Made by a program: the position numbers and the translations under genes. A DNA stretch of 64,000 nucleotides from a virus (taxonomy: Duplodnaviria > Heunggongvirae > Uroviricota > Caudoviricetes), in the IMG/VR virus record IMGVR_UViG_3300030055_000004; one strand, written 5' to 3'. Positions 10,236-21,183 of the stretch are shown piece after piece (position 1 is the first letter of the stretch; every line of letters starts with the position of its first letter). The notes under the pieces were generated by a model, which had not been told where the DNA came from, ran no database searches, and saw nothing but the letters and a program-made list of their open reading frames with translations.

Positions 10236-12152
10236 TTAAAATAAACACAATTGTTTATCTTCAATTAAATTAATTAATTTATTACATTCTTTAATATAAA
10301 AATCATAATTAATATCATATTCAGACATAATTTTTGATTCATAATTATTAAATATAGTTGTTACAACTCCTACACTTACTCCAGCTATTTTTCCACTTCC
10401 ATCAGTTGATTTTTTATATAAAGCACCTCCATGATTTGATACAAAATATCTAGTAGTTTTACTTAATTTTTTAATTTTCATTATTTCATCAAGATAATGC
10501 CATTGGGCTTCAAATCTACTATCAACTTTTAATCGTAAACAAAAATCATAAATATTATCATGTTTTCTTAATGTTTCTATTATTGGAATTCCAAAGAAAA
10601 AATATTGTTCTAAAGCAATAGATACAATTCTCATTGATGGATCTTTATGAAGATCTTTATTAATTTCAAAAGCACCTTTAGGTTTTATATGATCATCCAT
10701 ATATTGAGCAGAATAATTATTAACATCTCTAATAATCATTTTTTTATACTCATTAAATTCATAAGTTAATCCCGTAATATTAGTCATTTCAGTAGTAACA
10801 TCAATAGCTTTTTGATAATCAGATCTTTTAAATCTTAAAGTAATACCATCAGTATTAACTTGAAGAATAACTAAATTTTTTATAGCTTTATGTAATTTTT
10901 CAATCCACATACTAATCATAACTTGACCAGAAACAGTAGTTTTAAGAGTATATAAAGGATCATATAAATATGAATCTTCTGAATTAGTTTTACCATAACT
11001 TCCATTAGCAGCAAGTTTAAATCCTTCAACAATAACAAAATCTCGTTCTTTTTTAGGTTTTTTCTTTTCTGCTAATCTTACACTAACAATTTCTCCATCA
11101 TAAATATCTAAAAATCCAGTTCCTAAATGTTCAGGAAATAAACCTTGTTGTATAGCAAGACATGGATATAGACCATCAGCATCAATATCTAAAATCATAT
11201 ATTCATCATTTGAATCATATACTCCAGATTTTATACAAGCATGACATCCTCCAACACCATAATCAAGTTTAGTTCCTTTATATATTACACTAAATGAAAA
11301 TACGTTTTTAAGTATACCATCATAAATAGTTGTTGAATTAAATTTATTTATTAATAAATCAAATTCTTTATCATTAAAATTAGTCCAAATTGGCATACAA
11401 TTTTTTAATTGTATTTCTTTTCGATAACTTCTTAATTTTTTAATTTCATTGATATTTAAACCAAATTTATCACAATATAATTTAAGAATTAATTCAGTTC
11501 CAAGTTTAATATCATTATAATTCATACAAGGTAAATCGTATTGTCGTTGAATTTTTTGTCTTAATTCAATTTTATTTTTACCTTTATATAATGGATTTTC
11601 AGTATTACCTAAAGTAATGTTCAAAAATTCATTAGTTGCTTCAACATCATGTTTATTATAAGCTAAAATACTATTAATATCTTCAATAGTAGATATCCAT
11701 TGAGTATGATGAAATGGCATATCTTCTACAATAGGAAGATTCATTGCAACTTCTAATGCTTTTAAACTTGTAAGTTTAGCTTTATTATCATAATGCCAAA
11801 TTCTAAATAAATCAATTTGTTCTATTTTTTTATTCCAATCTGCAACTTGTGAAAATTGATTTGCAATTATTTCTTGAGATTTTTGATAAATCCTAGCAGT
11901 AATTGTCATTGGATCTAAATATTTATATTCATGATAATGTCGAATAATATGATGTAATAATGGATAATCATAATTATCATTATTATAACCTATTTGAATT
12001 AATTTATCTCTAAAAAGATGATGTATTAATTCTTCATAATCATTTCTCAATTTATGAATTACAAATTGATGATACGTTTTTGTTTGACGACAATATCCAG
12101 TATATGTAAATAAATTAGATAAACATTCTAAATCATATACTTCACTTAACAT
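10236..12152 (-). CDS. family B DNA polymerase (compact)
   Basis: 638 aa. Exo I motif YDLEC at the N-terminus; motif A DIDADGLYPCLAI; motif B KLAANGSYGKT; motif C-like VNTDGI. Confidence 0.7.
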   Translation of the reverse strand: MLSEVYDLECLSNLFTYTGYCRQTKTYHQFVIHKLRNDYEELIHHLFRDKLIQIGYNNDNYDYPLLHHIIRHYHEYKYLDPMTITARIYQKSQEIIANQFSQVADWNKKIEQIDLFRIWHYDNKAKLTSLKALEVAMNLPIVEDMPFHHTQWISTIEDINSILAYNKHDVEATNEFLNITLGNTENPLYKGKNKIELRQKIQRQYDLPCMNYNDIKLGTELILKLYCDKFGLNINEIKKLRSYRKEIQLKNCMPIWTNFNDKEFDLLINKFNSTTIYDGILKNVFSFSVIYKGTKLDYGVGGCHACIKSGVYDSNDEYMILDIDADGLYPCLAIQQGLFPEHLGTGFLDIYDGEIVSVRLAEKKKPKKERDFVIVEGFKLAANGSYGKTNSEDSYLYDPLYTLKTTVSGQVMISMWIEKLHKAIKNLVILQVNTDGITLRFKRSDYQKAIDVTTEMTNITGLTYEFNEYKKMIIRDVNNYSAQYMDDHIKPKGAFEINKDLHKDPSMRIVSIALEQYFFFGIPIIETLRKHDNIYDFCLRLKVDSRFEAQWHYLDEIMKIKKLSKTTRYFVSNHGGALYKKSTDGSGKIAGVSVGVVTTIFNNYESKIMSEYDINYDFYIKECNKLINLIEDKQLCLF

Positions 12153-12976
12153 TATACCAATTTATAGTTTTTAAATTCTGCAACTTCTTCAATTTGCTCC
12201 ATTAAAGTAACCCACTTTTTAATATGAAATAATACTTCTTCTTCCAAAGCAAATAAAATTTTATATCTTAAAGTTTCTAATTGAAGTGTAGTTAATTCAG
12301 AATATTTTTTACTAACTCCTAATAAAATCATTGCACGAAATTGTACATAATTTAATCCTGCTGCATTTACTGGAATTTCTAAAGCAGTATTAATTCCAAG
12401 TCTTTCCTTAACAACAGTTAATTTTTCAGACATAGTTTTGGCTTGTGAAATTTCTGTAAATTCTTTAGTTTCTTGAGCTGTAAACCATAAACCTTGTTTA
12501 ATAATAAATGTTTTTGTTATATGTTTTCTATTAAACTTACCTAAAGTATCTTTACAACCTTTTAATACAGAAGCAATTGTTATACCATTTAATTGTGGTG
12601 GTAAACCACTATATAAATTTTGCATTCTTACTTCTTGATCAGCAAATGTATCCTGATTTTTAAATAATGAATTTCTAATTTCAGTAAGTAAAGTAAATCT
12701 TGTATATTTTGGATTACAATCAATAGCTTCAAACCACCTTATTAATAATTCAGCACCACAGTCATTAATTTGTTTACTTATTTCTTCAAGAACTACATAT
12801 CTACCAGGATGTTCTTTAGATGTATTTAAAAGCATTGTTTTACAATGAGTATATTTTTCATTTAAAATATCTTCTGATAAATCAATCATTTTTATACTAA
12901 CTTGTTCAGCACTATTTAAATCTTTTTTATTTTTCCAAATATAAGATTCTAGTTTTATTTTACTTGTTTCTTTCAT
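12152..12976 (-). CDS. hypothetical protein, translationally coupled to the DNA polymerase
   Basis: 274 aa. Its TAA stop overlaps the polymerase ATG (TAATG). Confidence 0.3.
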   Translation of the reverse strand: MKETSKIKLESYIWKNKKDLNSAEQVSIKMIDLSEDILNEKYTHCKTMLLNTSKEHPGRYVVLEEISKQINDCGAELLIRWFEAIDCNPKYTRFTLLTEIRNSLFKNQDTFADQEVRMQNLYSGLPPQLNGITIASVLKGCKDTLGKFNRKHITKTFIIKQGLWFTAQETKEFTEISQAKTMSEKLTVVKERLGINTALEIPVNAAGLNYVQFRAMILLGVSKKYSELTTLQLETLRYKILFALEEEVLFHIKKWVTLMEQIEEVAEFKNYKLV

Positions 12977-12979
12977 TAT

Positions 12980-13273
12980 CTATATTATTTTTATTTCTAT
13001 ATCTTTTTTTTCCATATCTTTAACAAAATCTCTAATATATGTATTAGTAAAATTATAAATATTAAATTGCCCTGTTTTTGGATCAAAATATTTATCTCCA
13101 GCAATTGCATCTTCATATGTAATATACCCTATATCACCAATAGTAATTTGTGATATATCCCAATTTGGAAGTTGTGTGCACATTATATATTTATCTATTC
13201 CTAATTCAAATACATATACTAAATAAATTCCTACTTTTTTAGCGACTAATTTTCCTTTTACTGTTTCAATCAT
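12980..13273 (-). CDS. hypothetical protein
   Basis: 97 aa ORF. Confidence 0.25.
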   Translation of the reverse strand: MIETVKGKLVAKKVGIYLVYVFELGIDKYIMCTQLPNWDISQITIGDIGYITYEDAIAGDKYFDPKTGQFNIYNFTNTYIRDFVKDMEKKDIEIKII

Positions 13274-13668
13274 TATACTCAGTATAATCGCAATCTACTG
13301 GTTCAATAAGAGACATTGGAAATTTCTTTTGATATAATGTTGCAGCTTGTTTGGTAAAAGTAACAATATCCTCTAGTTCTCCGTCAGCATTATAAATATA
13401 ATACTCTTGTAAAGAATCTTTTGTTTTTGCCATTAGTTTTTTATTTGATAAGTTCCTTGAAGAACTCCGCCAATTATCTCACCTATTTGACTAGTTAGGT
13501 TTTCTATTCTTTGCTTTAAAATATCTATTTCACATTTATAGTGAGCTTCAGTATATTCTGAACCAGATACAAATGCATCTCGAATTTCAGCAGCCATAGT
13601 AACAGCTTCTAAATACTGATTAACTAAATAAACATTAGCTGCATTTCGTTTATCAGAATAAGTTAACA

Positions 13669-13992
13669 TTATGAAATATAAAGATTACCTATTTCTTCCA
13701 TAAAACGTTCTGCTTCTTCTACTTCTGAATTTGCTTCAATACGACCATCAGTTAAATCTTTAGTCATTTGATATGTAGAATTTCTTGTTTTAAAAATAGA
13801 ATTAGAAATAATTTCAGTTACTGGTGAAGTTCTTAAACCTCCTAGATACACACAATCACCTACTATTACATTATTATGTAAAATTCCAATTTGAGTGTAT
13901 CCTTTATTAATTTTATTTGGATGTTCTCCATTAAAAACATCATCAGATAATTTTTCTATTTTTACTAAATCTCCTTTTTTAATCAACTCCAT
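13669..13992 (-). CDS. hypothetical protein
   Basis: 107 aa ORF. Confidence 0.25.
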   Translation of the reverse strand: MELIKKGDLVKIEKLSDDVFNGEHPNKINKGYTQIGILHNNVIVGDCVYLGGLRTSPVTEIISNSIFKTRNSTYQMTKDLTDGRIEANSEVEEAERFMEEIGNLYIS

Positions 13993-14332
13993 TGCTTTCT
14001 GTTTTTAAACTTGCATCATAAACTAATTCATAATCTTCCCACTCTTCATCAGTTCCTTCAAATAAAGAAATTGAACTTGAATAATAATCATATTCTTGAT
14101 TTTCTGCAATACTAATCATTTCATCAGTATAATCTTCACCTTCTTCAAGTTGTTCTGCAAATAAATCGGATAAAACCTGCTCAAAACCACTAAAATCTGC
14201 AAAATTATTATAAGATAATTCTTCAGCAAGATTAAGTAAATCAATTTCATCTTCAGCTATTGCCGCATAATCATTATATTCACCACACCAAGCAGTTTCA
14301 ACATGAATTATATATTTATTAAAATTTTTCAT
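13979..14332 (-). CDS. hypothetical acidic protein
   Basis: 117 aa, very rich in Asp, Glu and Tyr. Confidence 0.25.
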   Translation of the reverse strand: MKNFNKYIIHVETAWCGEYNDYAAIAEDEIDLLNLAEELSYNNFADFSGFEQVLSDLFAEQLEEGEDYTDEMISIAENQEYDYYSSSISLFEGTDEEWEDYELVYDASLKTESNGVD

Positions 14333-14741
14333 TGTATTTATTATAAAAATTTGTTATAATTTTGCCACCTACTGGATTTTCACGTAAAGAATCACGTAAA
14401 ATTGCTTCTTCTAATTTAATAGGAAATTGTTTATATTCAATGTTAATTTCATATATTGAAGCAAATTTAATCCATTTATTTAAATATGTTTGATTTAAAT
14501 TAGTAGCATCTAATACTACAGTATAACCTGCTGTTAGTCCTTCTATAACACAATTAGTTTCTATATAAGTAACTAAATTTTCTCGTTGTGGAACCCAATA
14601 TTTACCTAGCATATTTCGTATATCATCCCTATTAACTCTTACTCGAGTTAAAGGGGATTCTAGTACAAATTGTTTAGCCCACGTTGATTTTCCTGAAGCA
14701 GGAATACCTTGGGTTAATATTAATTTTTGAACTTCTTGCAT
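14319..14741 (-). CDS. polynucleotide 5'-kinase (T4 Pnk kinase-domain-like, no phosphatase domain)
   Basis: 140 aa. LTQGIPASGKSTWAKQF...VNRDDIR closely matches the T4 Pnk N-terminal P-loop kinase signature. Confidence 0.65.
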   Translation of the reverse strand: MQEVQKLILTQGIPASGKSTWAKQFVLESPLTRVRVNRDDIRNMLGKYWVPQRENLVTYIETNCVIEGLTAGYTVVLDATNLNQTYLNKWIKFASIYEINIEYKQFPIKLEEAILRDSLRENPVGGKIITNFYNKYNEKF

Positions 14742-14972
14742 ATTATAATTGTTCTACAACTGCAGTACAAATATCTTCTACTAAAGTAGTAAGAGTGTTA
14801 CAATTATTTCCATCATAATCACATATTTCTGACCCATTATTTTCAAATTTAATAAAATCATTTAATTCATCTAAAGAAGTTATTTTAATATTTATAGAAA
14901 TTTCAATTGGATTGAATTTTATTTTTGAAACATTTATAGTCTTTTCCATTATTTTATTTTTTTATTTAGTAA

Positions 14973-16277
14973 TTAATTCTCAGATTCTATATCAATAATA
15001 TTTTTATCTAGATTTTTACTCTCCATTTCATAAAAACCAAAAGATTTACATTTATATGCTTCGAATTCATTTTTTTCAATTCTTATTACAACTCCTTCTT
15101 CTACAACTTTATTCTTACAAATATAACAATCTTTTTCATTATACATTTCCTTTAAAACACTTAAGAAATCTTCCATGTTTTCTGGATTTTGTACTGATAG
15201 TTCAGCATATCTAAACATAAAATCAAATACACTTCCATAATACAATTCTGGTACAGCCAAAAGACCTTTTTCTTTACAGAAATCTTGTACTTGGTGAGCA
15301 CTGAATTCAAATACTTTTCCAGATGGATTAGTATAAGTTATACGATAGATTCTGATTTCAAATTTACCCTCTTCTTGACCATAATCAAATGGACCTTGGA
15401 TATATCCACCAGAAGGTAAAAATCCTACTATTTCATAATAGAAAGTCATCCCATCAGATAAGAACTCTTTAACCATTTCATGAGCTTTACCCCATATATC
15501 TGTATCATAGAAATGAACAGCATTAGGATTTAAATCTGGATTCTTAATAACTTTACGTGAACTATAAATATAGTCATAATGTGTATCAACTACTTTTATA
15601 AATTTACTAGCAAGTTTTTCAAACCAATTTAAAGGTTTCTTACATAGAATTTTAGCAGAAATACCAGAAGTACCATGCATTTTATATGTAATAGAAATTA
15701 AATCATGAGGATGAATCTTATGTAAATTTTTATATAATATAGAAGTATCATCATGAAATCTAAATTGATTTTCAATTAATTTTGATTCCCTTGCTAATTT
15801 TCCTTTACCTTTTTTACTATTAGGTGTACCTTGTATTTTATTAGTTTTAATAACATATTTAGAACAAATTGGAACTTTTTGATATTCATCAAATGATCCA
15901 CCAATTGTCGGAAGTTCTGCAGCATATCCTTTAGTAATAAACTCTAAAGAATTCAAAGGCATATATAATCCTTCAGATTTATGTCCTCTAAATTTTACAC
16001 ACTTAATACGTCCATTTTCTTCAAAATAACCTTTTTTAGTAGAATCTTTATTTAATTCTGCTTTTTTATATAAGTTATTAGCACTAAGATATTCTTTTGA
16101 TAAGGCTGTTTCAACTGGAAAATATAATCCCATTTCATTCATATGTACATCTAATCCAACAACTACTTGGTTTCCCATTATAATTGTGGCCTGTACTTTA
16201 TCACATCCATCAAGAGGGACGAGTGCAATAATTTTTACTACAACTGCTGCATAGTTTTCATTTATAGGTTTATTCAT
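14973..16277 (-). CDS. ATP-dependent RNA ligase (nucleotidyltransferase superfamily)
   Basis: 434 aa. Motif I KMHGTS (KxHG), motif IV EGVVIR, motif V KCKS. It has an N-terminal extra domain and lies immediately downstream of the kinase gene. Confidence 0.6.
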   Translation of the reverse strand: MNKPINENYAAVVVKIIALVPLDGCDKVQATIIMGNQVVVGLDVHMNEMGLYFPVETALSKEYLSANNLYKKAELNKDSTKKGYFEENGRIKCVKFRGHKSEGLYMPLNSLEFITKGYAAELPTIGGSFDEYQKVPICSKYVIKTNKIQGTPNSKKGKGKLARESKLIENQFRFHDDTSILYKNLHKIHPHDLISITYKMHGTSGISAKILCKKPLNWFEKLASKFIKVVDTHYDYIYSSRKVIKNPDLNPNAVHFYDTDIWGKAHEMVKEFLSDGMTFYYEIVGFLPSGGYIQGPFDYGQEEGKFEIRIYRITYTNPSGKVFEFSAHQVQDFCKEKGLLAVPELYYGSVFDFMFRYAELSVQNPENMEDFLSVLKEMYNEKDCYICKNKVVEEGVVIRIEKNEFEAYKCKSFGFYEMESKNLDKNIIDIESEN

Positions 16278-17525
16278 ATTTATACTTCATTAGTTATAAT
16301 TATTTCTAACCAAGTACAATCTTCTGTAGCAGCTAATTCATCTTCATCATATGGATCAGTTTCCCAAGCTAATGGAGAACAAAGTTTTTCTGTTATACCT
16401 CCACATACACATCCAGCTTTAAAGTAAACTGTATATATTGTATCAAATCCTTCTACTATATATTTATCTCCAATTTGGATTTCAATTCCATTTACATCAA
16501 ATAAATTTGTTTTCATTATAATATTGTTATTTTGTAATCAATGAAAGATACATAATCTACAATTTCTTCTTCAATATAATTAGTTGTATCTAACCAATCA
16601 AAGATTTGTTTTTGTGTAAAATTATCTAAATTAGTACTATAATCTTCTTCATCATCATGAACAAGATTATTAAGCCCTTCTAATAATTCATCATTGTCAA
16701 TGTCTATTTCTAATTCTACTTTAAGTCTCATTTAATTCCTTTTTTAATTCTTTTTCTTCTTTAATTCTTTTACGTTTTTCCTTCGCAGTTTCTACTTCTA
16801 TATAAATAGCATTTTCTTTTAACCAATTTGAAGGAGCTGCAAGAAGATTAGTATATTTAAATAGTTGATAGTCTGTATAGGTATAAATAACAAAATCCAC
16901 TAGATCTTTTATAATCGTAGTGGATTTGTACATACTTGATTCTTCTAAATTCCAAGAATCCTGGGTTCTTTTAAAAATTTCTACTTCATAAATAAAAGCA
17001 GGGTACTCTTTTAAAAGTAAATCGTTATATTTATGATAGTGTTCCATTATTTTAAATAAATTAATAAAAAATCTTTTAATTGCGATGATAAAGATATTCC
17101 TATACATTGTGGCATAACTGCACACCTATATAAAGATTTTGCATTTTCATTAAAATAACTACAATTAAAACATTCTTCTTTTAAATTAACACTTTCTAAT
17201 ATTAATTTAAATCTTCCATTTTCTAATGTCTTTAATAAATTTATATTATAATTTTCCATTCTATTCTTCTCTTGATATAGTTAAATTACCATAATACATA
17301 CTTCCACTAATGTATAAAATATCAGTAGGATTTTTAAAATAGATAAAAGTATTCCAATAATCTACTTGCCAACCATTAGTATCATAATCATCATTATCAT
17401 AATATCCAATTGTATTTAAAGCATCTTTTACTATTCCATATGATAAACAATCATAAGAAACTTTATCTTTTAAACCTCCCATAAGTTTTAAAATATCATT
17501 TGAAACTTCTTCAGTTAATTGTTCT

Positions 17526-18632
17526 TTAGTTTGCACTTTCTAATAGATAACGGTATTGAATATAACCTTTAAAATTATTACACCAACCATTAGCTGATTC
17601 TGGAAAATATTGAACTCCATAACTAACACCTTCATCATCAATATATTTACCTTGACCTTTAGTAAAAGTATAATATTCTTCTTCTGTCATAGTGCGAGCA
17701 CAATGTTCAAAAGGAGATAAATGCCTATTTGCTTTAAGCATATCATGCATATCAATATCTTTTTGATAATTGATTTCTTTATCGAATGTCATATAAGATA
17801 AACGTGCACAACGTGCAGTTGCAATTTTAATAATAGTATTCTCTGTTTGTTCATAAGGAGCAACATTAGACATTAATTCTATATTCATTTTATCACCAAA
17901 AGGAACATGCCATTCACCTGCTTTTAATAATTTAGGTGTAGATTCATTCATTACATCCCACATACTTTCAGCTAATGCTTGAATATGAATTTCAGCACCT
18001 GATGTATTAATATTTTGCCAATCATAATAAGAAAAATTTTCTAATTTTGTTAAATTTACTTTATTACTATGATTATTAATACAATCTTTTTTACTTTTAA
18101 AATAAAAACCTTCTCCACTTACTGGAGTATGAAATTTTGGACAACGAAGTTCAAAAAAATTATCATATTCAGTAGCTGTTAATAATACTGTATGCCACAT
18201 AAATGGTTCTAGTAATCTATTACAAAGTTGTTTAGTTATTCCTTCAGAAATAATTTCCCCTGGATCTTCAACTGATGTTTTCTTAATAATTGAGTCATGT
18301 AAATCATCTGCACATTGAATTGCTTTTCTACTAGCATTAAGCCATTGACCGTGTCTAAATCTTATCTGCTTTTCGTCAGTTACATATTCTGTACCCTGCA
18401 TACCAGAGTGATCTTTTTGCCATGCAATAGGAATAAATGGATCTGTTTCTACCATTGCTACCATCTTTTCAAATGGAATGGCTCGACTGCTTGCACTATT
18501 GCGCGTAAATAACCGATGTGTATTTAATTCAGGTAATATAAATCTTGGAAATGTTAACAAATAAGTTGTTATTCTATTACCAAATTCATTTATACTATCT
18601 GCTACTATTTCTGCATTAATTTTTCTACTCAT
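17526..18632 (-). CDS. ThyX-like (Thy1 family) protein, enlarged
   Basis: 368 aa. LTFPRFILPELNTHRLFTRNSASSRA matches the ThyX FxF...RHR-x7-S-x-R core. About 120 aa longer than canonical ThyX, with a second ...HLSPFEHC... segment near the C-terminus. Confidence 0.4.
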   Translation of the reverse strand: MSRKINAEIVADSINEFGNRITTYLLTFPRFILPELNTHRLFTRNSASSRAIPFEKMVAMVETDPFIPIAWQKDHSGMQGTEYVTDEKQIRFRHGQWLNASRKAIQCADDLHDSIIKKTSVEDPGEIISEGITKQLCNRLLEPFMWHTVLLTATEYDNFFELRCPKFHTPVSGEGFYFKSKKDCINNHSNKVNLTKLENFSYYDWQNINTSGAEIHIQALAESMWDVMNESTPKLLKAGEWHVPFGDKMNIELMSNVAPYEQTENTIIKIATARCARLSYMTFDKEINYQKDIDMHDMLKANRHLSPFEHCARTMTEEEYYTFTKGQGKYIDDEGVSYGVQYFPESANGWCNNFKGYIQYRYLLESAN

Positions 18633-18867
18633 ATTTAATATTTTTCATTTGTTCAAATAAATCTAACAAATCAGATGGTTCATTAATACTCCATCCTTTT
18701 GTTCTAAGAACATAAAATCCACCTTCAGTATCTAATCCACCACAAACTGATTCCATAGTAATTGATAATTTTTCATCTTCATCACTTTTTCCAGTTGTAC
18801 CGTTTGTATTAGTATCTTGTAAAAAAGTGAATACTGCTATATCTAATAACGGTTTTTTTATTTCCAT
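18625..18867 (-). CDS. hypothetical protein
   Basis: 80 aa ORF. Confidence 0.25.
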   Translation of the reverse strand: MEIKKPLLDIAVFTFLQDTNTNGTTGKSDEDEKLSITMESVCGGLDTEGGFYVLRTKGWSINEPSDLLDLFEQMKNIKYE

Positions 18868-19163
18868 TATAACATTCCTAAAAAAGGTAAAGCTGATTTA
18901 GCTTTTTGCATTAAACTTGGTTTTGCTTCTACTTTAGCCATAATTTCAATTAAAGTTTGAGCTCCAAATTCATTTACTATAATCTGAACAGCTCTTAGTA
19001 AAGCCATTCCTTGTTCATTACTATTAATTACCGCCCTAAAAGTCATTTCTTCTACTATTGGGTATATTATAGGTTTTGTATCCGTTTTTTCTTGTATTGT
19101 ACCTTGTATTGCTTCTGATGCCGGTACTTTTGCAACAGATAATTGTATTCCTTGATTTTCCAT
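18867..19163 (-). CDS. hypothetical protein (downstream of tail fibre)
   Basis: 98 aa. Its start codon lies one codon after the tail-fibre TAA stop. Confidence 0.3.
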   Translation of the reverse strand: MENQGIQLSVAKVPASEAIQGTIQEKTDTKPIIYPIVEEMTFRAVINSNEQGMALLRAVQIIVNEFGAQTLIEIMAKVEAKPSLMQKAKSALPFLGML

Positions 19164-19166
19164 ATT

Positions 19167-20957
19167 TTATATTTTATTTAAATTAACATTTGAATGTCTA
19201 ACTGTAACATTTCCAGTACTTGTTTGATTCATACAACCAAACCAAATATAATCTCCTACTGCAACATTTACTATCCCAGATGATGACATTCCAGAATAAT
19301 CTGTTGATGTTTGAAATCTTCTAGATGCTACAATATTATCTAATGACGTTGCATTTTGAAATAATTCAAACTTAAATGTATCTGTGGAATTTGATGGGAA
19401 TGCTGTAACACTAAATGCTAAAACATATGCTGCATTTGAACCTGGATTAACCTGTAGAGTACTTCCCCTACTAACTGATCCTGTTCTAGTTGACGTAAAT
19501 GCATGTGTAATATAATATGAATTTATAGTTACAAATGTTACAGTATAAACTCCATTATAATCTACTGTACCAACCTGAGTTACTGGTTCTCCTGTAAGTA
19601 AATTATGTGGTGTTGTAGTTGTTATTAATACTGTACCAGGAATTGTTCCACTATAATTGGCTACACTTGCTATTGAAGCACTTGCTCCAATTTTAAATGT
19701 AAATCCAAGTAATGAACCAGCACCAAAATTATTAATAGAATGATAAAGATTTATATTAGTTATATTAGTTGCAATAGCATTTTCATATTGATACATTTCT
19801 CCATACAATACTTGCGTACCATTAATTCATTCAGTTCCATTATATCTAAGTACCTGATCAAAGACAGGAGCTGTAATTGTTACATCACTTAATCCAGTCA
19901 ATTCATTATTTAATATAACTCTTACAAATAAAGTTCCTGCTGTAGCACTAATAACACCAACTCTACCAACTCTAATTACATATTGTAATGGATCAGTTGG
20001 TGGAGTCATAGTTAGTCCTCCAGCTACTGTAGGACTTAAATATACATTAGCTCCAGATACAAAACCTAAAGTATTTAAATTATGTACTACACCAATATTA
20101 GTAATTAAACCAGTATCTCCAGGTAAAATATCCTGAGTAGCAACCCCAAGAACTGTGGATGTAGCTTCTGATGTTGCAATAGCTAAAGATATAGTACTAG
20201 TATCACTTACAAGACCAGTAGAATAAACCACTTGACCATTAAGAATAGTTGAACCTGTATTATTAAAACATAATACTGTTGTTTCTTGACCTATTTGTAA
20301 TGTAACATTTCCTGCAATCATTATAGCTGCTGTTTTATTAGGAGCATCATAATATAATCTTCCTTGGTCAAATGGACCAACAAGTGGTGCATTTCCAAGT
20401 TTAATTCCTTCATTAAAAGTTGGATAACCATTAATAATTGTTTGTGGTACTGTTTGATCTAATGTTAAATATGATCCTATATTTGCTTTTAATTGTAATT
20501 GATCATATAATAATTTAGCACTTGGATATTGTACATCTGTTGATGCACCTGAAATAGAAACAACTTTATTAGATATATCTTCTTTTCCTGCAATAGCTGC
20601 ACTAGTTATATAACCAACATCATTTGTAAATGCTGATATTAAAGTTGGAATAGCAGCACTTGTTATAAAGCCACTATCATTTGTTAATTGTGATGTTAAA
20701 GTGGGTATAATAGGTTTACCAGTTAAACTGGCATAAGTTCCTAAAGTAGCTACAGGAGCTAATATAGGTTTATTAAGTATTTCTGCTACTCCAGAAATGG
20801 CATTTCAATCTGAATTTACTTGAACTCCTCCAGAGCCAAGATTTAAATCATTTACAAATTGACTAAGAAAAGTAGGTCTATTGATTACATTTAATCAATT
20901 AATTTTTTCTCCACCTAATCCTAGTAAAGTTATGTAGTTGGGGGTTTCTTGTGTCAT
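19167..20957 (-). CDS. tail fibre protein whose frame contains three in-frame TGA codons (read as Trp)
   Basis: ATG at 20957, TAA at 19167-19169, about 597 codons. Repeated tail-fibre motifs LSQFVNDLNLG, SQLTNDSGFIT and SAFTNDVGYIT; rich in Thr, Ser, Gly, Asn and Val. In-frame TGA at 20895-20897 (EKIN-W-LNV), 20805-20807 (VNSD-W-NAISG) and 19827-19829 (NGTE-W-INGT). Confidence 0.6.
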
Positions 20958-21183
20958 AATATATAGTATAAAAAAAGGAGGGATATAAATATCTCTCCTT
21001 TTTAAGGTTGTTACTTAGTTAAAAGTTTCATAATTTCTGATTCTGTACAAACGTATGAATCCATTATATCTGCTGTAGCTTTACCAAGTGTATCATAATA
21101 AAATTTACGTATTTTCATACGTTCTTCATTTAATACTAAGTCAATAACTTTAGTAAAACTAATTTTCATATATTCTTCTTCCA

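Noticed and set aside
17526-18632. Calling this gene a canonical thymidylate synthase thyX
   Set aside because: The signature motif is present but the protein is about 50% longer than ThyX, with an apparently rearranged second motif. It is kept as ThyX-like only.
19827-19829. Selenocysteine or programmed frameshift as the explanation for in-frame TGAs
   Set aside because: There are four TGAs in two genes, all in the same frame, with no SECIS-like hairpins immediately downstream. Trp fits each local context, and there is no frame change across the sites.
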